The notes below the pieces were generated by a model. The model searched no databases, had not been told where the DNA came from, and saw only the letters and a list, made by a program, of their open reading frames with translations. A DNA stretch of 64,000 nt from Antedon mediterranea (lineage: Eukaryota; Animalia; Echinodermata). The position numbers and the translations under genes were made by a program. Positions within the stretch are counted from its first letter, which is position 1; the number at the start of each line of letters is the position of its first letter. The stretch lies in assembly GCF_964355755.1 (NCBI RefSeq), contig NC_092677.1, positions 27,825,175-27,889,174 of the forward strand, read 5' to 3'. Below are positions 24,001 through 39,000 of this stretch, in pieces.

Positions 24001-27000
24001 TGTTAACGGTAGTAACGTGTCCATTGCCACTACTGTAGAAGGCCTAATTCCATATAACGAATTGTTGTCGCATAATGAGCAAAATTCAAATTTGTTTTTA
24101 CTATGAATCGAAATATTATGGAATGGTAAATTAATAGCATCTTTTTAAATATTGACTTATTTCATGATATAATAATATTGTGATCGGACTATTGAATGAA
24201 TATTTATGAGGTCATTATCAAGATCAATTAAAAGATTCTAAGAATGCGCGCCAAAATAATCCGTTGGTGGTAGAACAGACGATATTCATCAATCAACAGT
24301 GTGTTGTATGGCGCGCCAAGCTGTCATTTATTCGGAAATAAAGATATCTTAGTTGCGATATCTCTATTGCTTGAATAAATGACAGCTTGGCGCGCCATAG
24401 TGTTGTGTCAATTTTAAAGCGACTTGTTGTTGTATGCATACAAGGTATTCAGTCAAGAACACACTGATGTTGCCAACGCAATGTTCAATTTAAAATAGAT
24501 CAAATGTTACACAAGTCTAGACATAATTGCCTCAAGCCTTAGTTTTAGTTGTCTTTTGTAGGCCTACTGTGTGTACTCTTTGATTTTGATTGATTATGAC
24601 ACACTATGTGTGCCAAAATACCGGGCAAAATACTAAGCAGATTCGCTGTTTAGAACATATAACTTTTAGTCTTCTAATAAATTCAGGATTGATATTTTTC
24701 GATTTAATTTCTTCAATATTTATTCTTTTCATTTCTTTTGAATCGAACGATGTAACAAAATATAGTTGAAAAATTATTAGAGGCAAAAGCCCTATAATTT
24801 AGACGCATTAACAAGATGTTCGTAGCGCACGCGGATCGAGTTTCTTATTTCTGTAAAATCATGTAAGAACACACGGGAATAAGCATATTATAATTAAGTT
24901 CTACTGACTATGGACCAACAAAGTTCATGTACTAATTTTACTGTAAAGCTTTGTCTACACTATCAAACTTTATGTGACACAAAAATGTGATGTGCCCATA
25001 TAAAGGAAAGTCTTTAAACAGTGATTGGGTTCGCTTGTGACAATCCTGGCTTTTTGTTTCATTATATATTTTTCTGTTGTAATTGTAATGAGCCGATATT
25101 GAATAAATCAAAATCAAATATATGGACATGATGATGTCATATCACTATCATAATTGGTCATATCACTACCATATTTGGGGATATCACTACTATATATGGT
25201 CAGATCACATTGTGTCAAACTAGATTGATAATGTACAGCTTTATGGAGCTTTTGTAGTGTATACGTACGTGTTGTCGACGCACAGTTGACTCCAGTGAAA
25301 CCGGGAGGGCATATACAAGCGTACTGCATCTGGTAGAACCCTGAGTTACCCATACTACTCAGGTAGCTGTTACGACAAGTGGATTCGTTCTCGCATGGAT
25401 CACTAGAACAAGCATTAGTCTCAGGGGATAACTCTAAAAGAAATAAAATATACGAGGTCTTCACGAGTGATCTAATAACCCCAGACATCATAACGCTACC
25501 CCAAAAAACTACCCTTTACCACTATAACCTGTCGTACTTTCTCAAGAGCTTGTTGTTTTCGTACAAAGTTACAACAAATTCTAGACACCTTTTTTCACGC
25601 TTAATACAGACTTTCACTTATGGCTAAAAAAATAGAAAACGTGTAAACAACTACTATTCGGTGATGAACATGCTGGACATTTGTTTTGCTTACCATCACT
25701 TGCACAGTGTTTTTCTGTGTACCCTGGAGCACACAAACACACATAATGACCATCTTCCAGTGTCATGCAGGACCCTCCATTCATGCATGGGTCACTCAGG
25801 CAACTGTCGCTGTTTACGATTGTCGCTGGAGAGAAATTATTAATAATATCTAAATAAATTACTAAAATTATCATTAGTATTTCAATCATGACATAGTATA
25901 CGTATACGTCATCCGATGACTCACTATTCTGACGTACTTATACTGTACGTCAGAATTACACCAGCGGCGGAATCATTCAGGACTTGGTACGTTTAGACTA
26001 GAGTTACGTCGGATGGGGACATTATGGTAATTACGTCAACCGAGAACTACCTATCCTTACGCATTATGACGTCAACATAGAACTCCCTATTTTAACCTAG
26101 TACTGTTACGCACTATGACGTCAACATAGAACTCCCTATTTTTACGTTGTACTGTTATGCACTATGACGTCAACATAGAACTCCCTATCTTAACGTAGTA
26201 TTGTTTTGGACTATGACGTCAACATAGAACTCCCTATCTTAACGTAGTACTGTTACGCACTGTGACGTGAACATAGAACTCCCTATCTTAACGTAGTACT
26301 GTTATGAACTATGACGTCAACATAGAACTCTCTATCTTAACGTAGTACTGTTATGGACTATGACGTCAACATAGAACTCCCTATCTTAACGTAGTACTGT
26401 TACGCACTGTGACGTCAACATAGAACTCCCTATCTTAACGTAGTACTGTTATGCACTATGACGTCAACATAGAACTCCCTATCTTAACGTAGTACGGTTA
26501 GGGACTATGACGTCAACATAGAACTCCCTATCTTAACGTAGTACTGTTACGCAGTACGAAATTAGAGGACTCACTATACTTTGACGTTCGTTAGCGGAGG
26601 ACTCATTATCATAATGTAGAAAAAAAAACCGTCTTACATTGTTCACAGTTTGTTCCAGTGAATCCAAATTGACAAACACATGAATACAGATTAGTTCCGC
26701 ACGGGCCATTATTTTGGCATTCTCCTTGATTTTTACACGGATTTGTATCACATGGTGACAGTTTACCTTTAACAAATATATATATATATATATCTTTTAA
26801 ACATATTCTTAGTGGCATATCTAGAAAGCAAATGGTATATTATAACCAGATCCATGCGGGGATCGTGGTTTCTATTCTTAACGAATTACGGGTTTTTTTG
26901 GACGAAAAGTAAAACGTTTAATTATTCACACTTTATCGTTAAAATCTCTCCCTAACATGAACAACATTTAAAATTCATGATTTAGAATTACCTAAAGATT

Positions 27001-30000
27001 CAATTTTAAGGTAGCCATGATTTGAGTAGAGACAGGTAATACAACAAATAAACAACGAACATAACGTAACATAAACGAAAGGTTTGATTTCAATTGTGAT
27101 ACAAGATATTTTAAGGCAGTTTTCCTATTTATCAAATGCCTCAAATGCGTTATTTTAACTCGAAAGTTCAGTGGAATCATTCATAATTGGGATACTATTG
27201 TCAAAACATCGTTAAGGAAGTACAAACGATGTATAATTATTTACATAAACACTTACGTAGTTCACATCGTGTTCCCTCATAACAATCCTGGCACTCGCAT
27301 TCAAATGTCGTGCAATCAGTTTTGATGCATGTGCCATCGTTGCCACAAGGATTACTAGAGCACGGGTTAGGGAACGCTGAAGCGTAAAAAAGGTAGGATA
27401 ATTAGACGATAAAAGTTCATTCAAGAGGTAGCAAAATAAATTAAAAATAAATAAAAACTAAATAAACAGATACAATAATAATAAAAGAAAATAAATAAAA
27501 AAAATAAGTAAAAAATAAATGAACAAATAAAAAAAAAATAAATAAAAAAAATACATAAAAAAGAAATAAACTATAGGAACCATCAATTCAAAAATTATAT
27601 ACAGATAATTGTTAGATGCCCAATAAAATTCTTCCCGTTGTTATGACGTTTACCATACGTGCGCGCAACGCACGAAATGTAACCAATCACAATTGATGAA
27701 CATTATAGCTTTCTCGTGTGATTGGTCACATTAATTCGTACGTTGCGCGTAGCCTAGAGTGGGAAAATGTATTTTTTTTGGCATTTGCATCTGTCATCTT
27801 TTCAAAAACAAATCCAGCTTACCCATTTCGTCACAAAATTGTCCATGAAAGCACGGAGGGCATGTACAGTTATATCGATAGCATGTGGAGAGGTCTGACA
27901 TGTCTGGTTGACACGTGGCACCATTTACACACAAATGATCACCAGTACTGCATGGATGAATTTCTGAGGGAAACGATAAACAGCTAATATAAATAATAAT
28001 AAATAAAATAATAACAGGATTTTTATAGCGCACATACCACTCAAGAGTGCTCAAGGCGCATTAAAAAAAATAAAACAAATCATACAAATGCCCGACAAAT
28101 AAAATGCAATTTCTTTGGAGGGTCCCCATCCGTTCTCGTTCTGTCGCGGTCCCGGACCCCTACCTAGGTGACCAAACAAAGGAACAGGATACACATTTGC
28201 CTTGCCACAGACGACCGGGTGCTCAGAGACAACAACCAAGACAGAGGCACCCCAAAGATAATGCTGGTTAGGAAAAAGTATACTATACAATTCTAGAACT
28301 TTAAGAAACCTCATGATTTCCATATGCCTTAATGAATAAATGTGTTTTTAATAATTTTTTAAAAGTATCAACAGTTTTGCAAAATCTGATAGAGCTCGGT
28401 AGAGCATTCCATAGACGAGGAGCAGTAACGGTGAAAGCTCTGTCTCCCCATGAGTGGTGAGACTTAGGTTGATGTAGAAGCAGCGTATCACTAGAACGCA
28501 GATTCCGTCTGGGAACATACAGCCAAAGCATGTCAGAAATATATTCAGGAGCCATGCCATTAATAGACTTAAAAACAAAGAGTAATATTTTAAAAACAAT
28601 GCGGTACCTAACAGGAAGCCAATGCAAAGTTTCCAAGGTATTTGATATGTGTGCATATCTTGGTAGTTTTTTAACAACTCGTGCCGCTGTATTTTGAATC
28701 AGCTGAAGCCTGTGGAGTTGTTTTTGTGGTAGCCCATATAGCAATGAGTTTCCCATATCCAGTCGTGAAGTGACAAAAGCATGAACAAGTTGTTTAGCTG
28801 CTGCCTCATTAATAAACTTTCGAATCCTTCGGATGTTTCGTAAGTGAAAAGACGACGTAGAAATAGTTTTTGAGATATGAGAAATCATAGTCATACCTGC
28901 ATCCATTTCAACCCCTAGATTTCTATCCTGCCTAGCCGGGTCTATTTGGGTTTCACCAATGTAAATAAAACTTGGTGGCAGTTTTTCCAACTGCAGCTTT
29001 GATCCAAAGAGAATATATTATATGGTGCTCGTAAAAATTGTGTGTAGGCCTAGAATGACCGATTTATTTATCGAGCATAAAAAGTTACTGGACGTTCTTT
29101 GGAGATTTCAACATTTGAACTTTTTTGCCAAAACTATTTTGTAGTATTCGATTCGAAGTCTTTTTGCTGTTTAGTGGTTGGTATACGTTGTTTCACTTCC
29201 TTTTCCGATCCCTGAAAAAGTTCCGATCCCTGAAACAGTTCCTATTTATTGCTACCATTTAACTAAATGTAAATGTAAATTGGTTTTTTTTTTCATTTTT
29301 CCTGGACTGTCTCAAATAAATGTTAATGTTAATTTTAAAAAAACTGTTGAGCTCATCAGAAAATTCTTTTGCTTTTTGTGGTTTTATCGCACAATTTAGT
29401 TTCTTTGAAAATTTTCTAAAAATAGTATAACTTACTAGTCTCGCATAGATGACCTGTGACACACATAGGGCATTTGCATTCATAGGCGGCGCAATTACTT
29501 TGAGCACGCACACACGTTCCACCATTTTTACATGGATCATTTTGACATCCGATGTTGAAGTCTGTACAAAAATAAAAACAACAAATAAGTCACAGATTGA
29601 ATCACGTCATCACACTTTGTTGTTTTTTTTCCTTTAAATGTTGTTATATTCATCTTATGTGTTTGTTTCTATCGATATTGATTTTTTTTGATTGATTGAG
29701 TATTCTTTATTTTTCACACAAAATTCAAAATATATATCAAAAGAAGAACAGATGCAAAGTGTGAAAAACATGATATCTACAAGCAAGCAAAGTTGTTGAT
29801 CTGTGGCACCCTTAACTTAAAATATAAATTTACATATACATTACAAAATTGTTTTCAAGTAGTAGATTATAAAAATCATATTAGTAGATATAAAATCACA
29901 AAATAGCCGGTAGCCTACCTGTTTCACAGAATTGTCCTGAGTAGCAGGGCGGACAAGTACATGTGTAGTCTGTACAAGAGTTATTTCCTGCGACACATGT

Positions 30001-33000
30001 GGCTCCGTTCAGACATAAATTAGCGGAACATTTACCAATTTCTAAAAGTTTTCAGATGAAAAACAAAATTGGAAAAACTTTTGAAAAAAATCCTTGAAAT
30101 CAGCAGCTGACATAAACTACTTAAAACATTCGGCGTTTTCCGAAATATAAAAAAAATAATTATTAAATCAAAGTCGAAATTACTTGATTACTCGAATATC
30201 TTATTTTTAAAAGTAGACATTATTCTTGAGTAAAACCGTTCTGCTCAACGGTTCGCTTCCAGTTAGGCTACTTGTAGTGAATTAGCGTGTACACTCATCA
30301 CAGATGGATCCTGCCATCAAGGCAGACTAACGTCCTTCCATCAAGGCAGACTAACGTCCTGCCATCAAGGCAGACTAACGTCCTGCCATCAAGGCAGACC
30401 AGGATCCTGCCATTAAGCCAGACTAACGTCCTGCTATTAAGGCAGACTAACGTCCTGCCATCAAGGCAGACTAACGTCCTGCCATCAAGGCAGACTAACG
30501 TCCTGCCATCAAGGCAGACCAGGATCCTGCCATCAAGGCAGACTAACGTCCTGCCATCAAGGCAGACCAGGATCCTGCCATCAAGGCAGACTAACGTTCT
30601 GCCATCAAGGCAGACCAGGATCCTGCCATCAAGGCAGACTAACGTTCTGCCATCAAGGCAGACCAGGATCCTGCCATCAAGGCAGACCAGGATCCTGCCA
30701 TCAAGGCAGACCAGGATCCTGCCATCAAGGCAGACTAACGTTCTGCCATCAAGGCAGACCAGGATCCTGCCATCAAGGCAGACCAGGATCCTGCCATCAA
30801 GGCAGACCATAATACTTGATGACTTCTTACCGGTTTGACAGAGTTGTCCAGTGAAACATCCAGTACATGAGCAACTGAAACTGCACGAGCCATTTTCGTA
30901 TTCACAAGAAGCACCATTCAAACACTCAATACCTTGACACGGACTTATATCTGTTGATAACATTACACTTATTATGATTCAATTCATTTCATTCACATTT
31001 ATTTAGTCATCGTTTTATATTATTATATTATATTGATTACCGCAGAAACTCTTATCCGATGGCAGCCAGCCACACACTACCCTTTCAACCAGTTAGTACA
31101 CTACAGCTATCCATACGAGATGATTTTACGTCACATTAAACGAAGCCTGGACAACTGAGACACTTACTGTAGTAGGTTGTCTTTTACGTTGTCAATTATA
31201 CAATACAATCTATTATTTTTTTAAACCAACCAACAGCAAAAAGAAATTGGCCAATAACAGAAGGGTATTACTGGCTTAAATATAGCAATACTTGCCACAC
31301 ACACAACCTCATTACTTACACGTCTGGCATTGAGTTTCAGCATAGCAAGGTGGGCAGGTGCACGATGGGACGTCACATGGTGTCAGTCCAGGTACGCATG
31401 TGCCTCCGTTTTTACAGCTATCCACGTTACAATCAGATTGGGCTGAAACGACAATAAATAATGGATTCAGTATTTATTCTTCCAGTTCGTTTTTGATATT
31501 TTCAATATAATGTAACCTTGCCCACTACCACTACCAGGCTGTAGAGTTTTATGTAACTTTGTCATTACAGAAGGAGAGAGGTTCCATCATGTGGACTAAC
31601 ATTACAGTGTAGTGTGATAAAACAATCTGAACACAATGTAGACTGTTAAAACATAGCATAATAGGATACTACTTTACCTATCTCGCATAGTGATCCACTG
31701 TAGCAAGATTCACATAAGCAAACATACTGATTACATGTTCCTTCAACTGGTTGACATGTCCCACCATTTTGACATTCATGGTTGTCACATCCTGTTACCA
31801 CTTTAAAGAATGTAAAGGAGTTAAGCTTGGGTTCTCACTAGAAAAAACGCAACGAAACGTAACCGACGCAACGTAATAAAATACTCTTTAAAAAAAATCA
31901 ATTTCGCATAACTTTTTGCGACGTACACAAAGCAGCAGACAATGGTGTTCGGTTCCCAATTTTGACGCGTAACGTTACGTTTTTACGGCACTATGCGTCG
32001 ATACGTTGCGTCTACGTTCTTGCTTCCTAGTGGGAACCAAGCTTAAAGATAAACTAGAATGTATGCATAACCATTCTCTACATTAAACTTTCGTTATACT
32101 TTACTTGCATCATAAAGATAATAATTTAATATTTCCAATCATAAAGTTGGTATATTAAATGATGCTGCAATGATCTTGATTTTGATTAAACATAATTCAG
32201 AATTTAAAGATCATTAAGCGAGGAATATCTAATCCCCACTTACAACTTACATGTTTCACAATATCGTCCAGTATTGCAAGCTGGACATGCACATGTGTAA
32301 ATGGAACAGGAGGCAGGAGTTGAAGTCTGCATACGGATACAAACTCCACCATTTTGGCACTGATGCGTTTGGCATGGGTCAGCAATAGCTGTTACAAACA
32401 ATATTTTAGATATCATTAATTCAATTGATAGTTTAGTCAAAAGTCATTGGTCAAGAGAAGTCTTTTCACACACCAAAGTATCCGTTTGAGTTTCTACACG
32501 AAGTGTACGTTATTGCATAAGGTATAATAAACATAACATTCAAAATCAATGTTTGGCAACACCACTATTTTGATGATTATAATGCCAATATTTGATCAAA
32601 GTGTCTTCTTAACCTCGTGGTCAACCTCAACTGTTTTCAAAGTGCTTCAACCCCCTTCAGCTGGTTAAAGTTTAAGGGAAGTTACCACAATCATTAAAAT
32701 ATATTGCCGCCTAGGCCTACCTATTTCACAACTTGACCCTTCATAGCATCCGTTACATTGGCAGAGGTACGATTGGCAGTTATCAGCTGTCAAACACAAG
32801 CCGCCATTCTGGCAAGGTGAAGATTGGCAAGGGTCTGTATCTGAAATCAAATAAATACACGGTGTATCTTTACAATCAAACTATAGCAAACATTCTGTAG
32901 GTTGAATGTGAGTTGAATGCTATCTAACAATCTTTGTTTCCAGTGCGAATTTTGTTTTTCAATCTGTACAGGCATTGCCACGAATATCAGAATCTTGCGT

Positions 33001-36000
33001 AATTGATGTACAGTAGTGGTACTTCCAACCGCCAGTCTCTCTGTCAAAATTCATACAGTAAGAATTTATGCATTGCATATCACACACGCACACACAAACA
33101 AAAAGATCCTTCGATAGTATACTGATGGTATGATTGTGGATTATTTACTTACAATTTTCACATTTTTCACCAGTGTAACAGCCCGTACAATCGCATGCAT
33201 AATCTTGACAAGTTCCAACAAGATTGGTACAAACTCCTCCATTCATACATTCATGATTTGCACATGGATCGACCACTTCATTCAAAATATAATAACAAAT
33301 CGCCCGAAACGATTGGTCATTGATTAAAAATAAAAGTTATGAAAGTATCAACTTAACTACAAATTTAAGTTTTTACTGAACGCAAAGAAAAGTTTTAACT
33401 CATTAACGTTTACAATTATAATTGATTGTGCCAAAAGATCAACAGTAACAATAATAATGGAAAATAGTTTGGTATAGGAAATTGATTTAGTAATAATTTG
33501 TTCATTTAGTCACAAATTTCACATTTTTCACCAGTGTAACAGCCAGCACAAACGCATTGATAATCTTGACAAGTTCAAACAAGATTGGTACAAACTCCTC
33601 CATTCATACATTCGTTATTCGCACATGGATCGACCACTTCATTCAAAATATAATAACAACAAATTGCCCGAAACGATTGGTTATTATTTAAAACTAAAAC
33701 TACAAAGTTACTGAATGCAAAGAAAAGTTTCAACTCAAAAATTGAAAATTATACTTGATTGGTCATAAAAGAAAAAAGTACAACTAGAATTTAATTCGTC
33801 ACTTTGACGAATTATAGGTGATCATTTTTATCATTTTAATGAAATAAATTTTTTTTAAACATGTACGTACGTTAACATACGATAGGAAAATGTTGATGTA
33901 TGCCATCCTATTATACGCTTATAGTGCTGAGTTATGCCTATTATATGCCATATACAATGTACAGTATATACTGTATATCTATATACAGTGTAGCATAGGT
34001 GAAATTATGGGACACACATCAAGTTCAAATTTTTTGGTATGATGGAATTATCAAAATAAACTCGAAGATGACAATTTCGAAAGATAATGAATTGAGCAAA
34101 TAGATATAAGGATTGGAAGAGAATTTGACACGTAGAAGCGCAATGCGCGCTCTTTGAAATTCTTATAACTTCGACTAAAGAAATTTAAAAACTACTTTTT
34201 AACTTCAACTGGCCATATGATAACATCACAACATCCGATACGCTTAATTTTTATATGAATTCATATCTACATTTCATCAGCTTTCATAATAAATTATAAT
34301 CTTCAAGGTCACCTTTAATTCTGAAGAGCTTTAAGATATTCAAATGTATGGTGTAGCTGAAATTACACGACCTAGGTTATTCAAGTTTTTACGCGTGATG
34401 AAGTAATCAAAATAAAAATGTTGACTACTCATTAGAAAGATAATTAATTGAGCAAGCACATACTAAAATTTGTGCGAAAATCGGGCTCAAATAACGGAGA
34501 TGCGCTCTATTGAATGTGATAACCCACACAAAACGATAAAAATTCCTAATTTCTAAATTCAAGTGGCCATTTGATGACGTCATACCATTTTGTACGTCTA
34601 ATGTGTATATACATTTGTATATACAACTTATTGGCTTCCATAATAAGTTAAAAAAATTGGGGGTCACCTGCCATTCTGAATAGTTATATTCATTTTAAAA
34701 AGTCCTTATTTTTTACCATTTTTAGCACTTTTGTACAATTAAAGTGCGTATTTTGTCATTTTTAACGTGCTCGTATAGCGTTATTTTAAGTCGGAATGGA
34801 CTCAAAGTCGGAGAATGTACTAAGGATTGTGAGTAGAATATGATGTATACATCAAATTTTATTTTTTACCCTTTTTAAAAATCGCGTGCGCAAAAATGTG
34901 TTTTTGCGCAGTAATTTTTTTAAACACACAAATGGCCTATTTCATGCTCTAAATTGATAAAAACTAAATTTTGAGCTTTTTAAAATTTCAACGCGCGATT
35001 TCACGTGCATGACCTTGAAACGCCCGAGTTTTTATTTGCTAATATTTTTTACCTTGACCTCAAGTTTACGTGTAGTGATTTTCATTAATATGTGATAATG
35101 AATTATGGAGATATGATTGATAATGTGATTTCACAAAATGGCGTATACGTGACGTCACGGATGAGTGATCACGCTGAAAAGCTTATTAGGACTAAGTTAA
35201 CGTATTTGAAAGACATTGTGAAATTTTGGTAATCATTAACATTAAACTTTTTGAGATATTTGTTACACAAAATCTGTACAGAGAGAAATAAATAATAAGA
35301 ATAAGAATAAAGATTTCATACAATAACAATAGGTGATCATTTTATTCTAAATGATCACCTAATAATAATGGAAACTTTTGTATAGGAAGTTCATTTAGTA
35401 ATAATTTGTTCATTTACTCACAAATTTCACATTTGTCACCAGTGTAACAGTCAGGACAAACGCATTGATAATCTTGACAAGTTCCAGCTAGATTAAGATT
35501 GGTAGGCGTACAAACTCCTTCATTCATACATGTATGATTTACACATGGATCGACCACTAAGTTAAAACATAATTAATAAGTACATACATTTTCCCAAAAT
35601 GTTATATAATTATTATTATTACGAATAAAAAGTTCGATTTTGACTGAACGCAAATAAAAATTTCAACTCAGTAAAATCAAAGACTGTGCCAAACTATCTC
35701 GCTTTAACAGCAATACTTTAAAAATGCATTATATAATGGAGAAAGCATTCGTATCTGAAATTGATTTAGTAATAATTTGTTTATTTACTTACACATTTCA
35801 CATTTGTCACCAGTGTAACAGTCAGGACAAACGCATTGATAATCTTGACAAGTTCCAGCTAGATTAAGATTGGTAGGCGTACAAACTCCTTCATTCATAC
35901 ATGTATGATTTACACATGGATCGACCACTAAGTTAAAACATAATTAATAAGTACATACATTTTCCCAAAATGTTATATAATTATTATTATTACGAATAAA

Positions 36001-39000
36001 AAGTTCGATTTTGACTGAACGCAAATAAAAATTTCAACTCAGTAAAATCAAAGACTGTGCCAAACTATCTCGCTTTAACAGCAATACTTTAAAAATGCAT
36101 TATATAATGGAGAAAGCATTCGTATCTGAAATTGATTTAGTAATAATTTGTTTATTTACTTACACATTTCACATTTTTCACCAGTGTAACAGCCCTGACA
36201 ATCGCATTCATAATCTTGACAAGTTCCAACTAGATTGGTACAAACTCCGTCATTCTTACAAGCATGATTTAAACATGGATCGACCACTAGTAGTAGAAAA
36301 ATAACCAACTTATTACTGACATATTTATGCTAGTAACAGCAGCATGTACTACTGTCAGGTCCAGGGAACAAATACTGAAAAATCTAGTTTTTTCGGATCG
36401 GAGTTTTTCATCAGAAAAAGCAGCTAAAAATATAAAATTCAGGTGTACATACCGTCTTCACAAAATGTTCCTTCGTAGCATTCAAGACATAAGCATTTGA
36501 ACTCGGTACAACTATTCTCCGTGATTAAACACGTACCACCATTTAGGCATTCATTTCTTTCACATGGAGTTGGTATGGCTAATCAGAAATACATTTAATT
36601 CATTCACGACTTCAAATAAATTAATTAATTGCCTTTAATGAATTATTCACTCACAAGTTTACGACATTTAATAATAAAAAATGTTTTTTGCTTAATGAAG
36701 TTTTCGGTTTACTCATGAAAAAGCAAGATTCCTTCTCTAAAAGTGGCAGATGTTTGTATAATTACAAATTCAATTTTGATTTTGCTATAAAAAGAAGTAA
36801 ATTGATGAGTTTCAACCATTATCAAGCTCATAGCCAGTGCTGGTGTGTTTAATAAACTCCTTTTTCTTTAGTTCTATTTTGAAACTAGAGAGGAAAGTGA
36901 TGAAAATAGCCTTAACATAATGGCGATGTCTGCGGAAAGTGTTTTGTTTAAAAAAGTGCCATTTGTGGAAAAGGTGTCTTTTTGTGGAAAAGTGCCATTT
37001 AGGGTAAAAATTGCCATTTAGGGTAAAAAGTGCCTTTTGTGAACAAAATCCCCTGTACAAATACTATACTATGCTACGGGATTGACCATGTATACTTACG
37101 TAGTTCGCACTTAATTCCAAGGAAGCAGGGAGGACAAGTACATAAATATTCTGTACAAGATCCAGTCATTGGTGTACATACGCCACCATTCATACATGCT
37201 TGGTCTATGCATGGACTAACAACTGCAATAGTAAATATTAAACTAATTTCTAACTAACTGTATCATTAAATTAAGTGAAAAAAGATTTGTTATACTGTAT
37301 ATTCAAAACAAGATTGATGTTCTTCCATTTACAAAAAATTATTATTATTGGAAATTTTGTTCACCGTAGTTCTTCTCTCAATTTATGGGATTATTTTTTG
37401 CTGGTTGTTACTTTCCCATAGTCAATTGTTTCAGAGATTGTGGATCTTGGGTGAAGATAAAGTGGTACGAATTGCATACATGCTCCAACTTAATTTTAAT
37501 CATTAATATTTTTTTTACTTTAATGAAATAAATGCATACACTGTTCACAATTTGGTCCTGTATAACATGGGGTACAACTGCAGGTATAACGGTTACAGAG
37601 GATAGGATCATCAAAACACTGTCCGCCATTTTGACACAACATACCAGAAGTTGAACAAATAGATGTAATAACTGTAAGAAATAACAACATTATTTTCTTC
37701 ATTCAGGCATTTTATAAAAAGCTATTGTAAATATTCACAAAATCATATATATGTTAGAAGGCTTAAGTGTTTTACAGAACGCGTCACTGTCAGGCACGAC
37801 TATTTTTGTTTGTTGAAATATTGTTTTACCAATAAAATTTGAAATACACTACAATATACGTACTTGTGGCACAGTATTGACCGGTGGAACATTCAGGACA
37901 GACACAGGTATAGCCAGAGCAATCGGAAGCAGGTACGCATGCGCCACCATTTTGACACAGATGACCGTCACATGGGTCAAACTCTGAAAATAATCTAAAT
38001 ATGTATTTGTTTGTATTCTCTTGAAATGTTTATGTTTTATCTGGCGGAACTAGCCTTAAAGCATTCTGGGCTTATTTACGTTTCTTCAGCCTATGTGCAT
38101 TCTACTTTTTTAAACTTTATTTTTGTTATTATATATTATGATGTATCATGAGAATAAAATAAAATTGAAGTATTTTGGAATAGTTGTATACGTAAATGTT
38201 GAAGAATGCTAGTAGTAGTACATCGAGATTTACCTATTTCACAGTTGCTCCCTGTATAGCATGCTGGACAAACACAAGTTGAACTCGAACATGTGCCAGG
38301 AAGAGTTTGGCATATACCTCCATTCACACAGCCAGTATTTGCGCAAACAGCAGGAGCTGTAATTCAAAATGAAAACCAACTTATGTGTGAAACAACACGT
38401 AAAATGTTTGTTTGTTTGTTTGTTTTATCTTTATACTGGGTGACCTCTTCAGTCAAAGACTGATCTCCCAGAGGGCCCAGTTGGTGATGTACTAGTACAC
38501 CGGGGTAACCCCCTACTCGTCTCGAAAGATGTACTAGGTTCTTTAAAGTGCACACGAGCAAGTTGTGTACACTGGACCTACGGTTTATAGTCCTTATCCG
38601 AGAAGACTCGTTCTACCACCAGAACCATGGAGTGAGTGAGCCTCGAACCCCTGCCGATGTTATGGCTACGTGATTACGGTTCCACTGTCTTAACCGCTCG
38701 GCCACTCACTCACTACATAAAAAAAATAAACATATAAAAATTAATTTAGTTTATAGCGGTAATTTTAACTATAAAATGTTTAAAAAAATTGCGTACGTAA
38801 TTCACAGAAATCGCCTTGATAACAACCTGAACAGATACAAGTTGCCACCGAGCACGTAACGTCATGGTAACACTGTCCACCATTTTGACACGGAGATGAG
38901 CTACAAGCCGGAGCTTTAAATATAATAAGTAAAACGTGTGACGACACAAGACGTTTGGGCGCATGTATGTTTGAATACGCGCCAGTATACGCGCGTCAAT

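Noticed and set aside
26063-26552. CRISPR-like appearance of regularly spaced repeats (also 12545-13350, 30304-30808, 58471-59457)
   Set aside because: Units are contiguous with no unique spacers, there are no cas genes, and the context is eukaryotic introns.
33575-33577. Selenocysteine reading of the in-frame TGA
   Set aside because: Sister exons have Gly (GGA), not Cys, at this position; the donor is also degraded; no SECIS was recognised.
38630-38714. Functional tRNA genes (also 17336-17410, 40025-40107, 45711-45790)
   Set aside because: They have A/B boxes but no complete cloverleaf, and most continue into SINE bodies.
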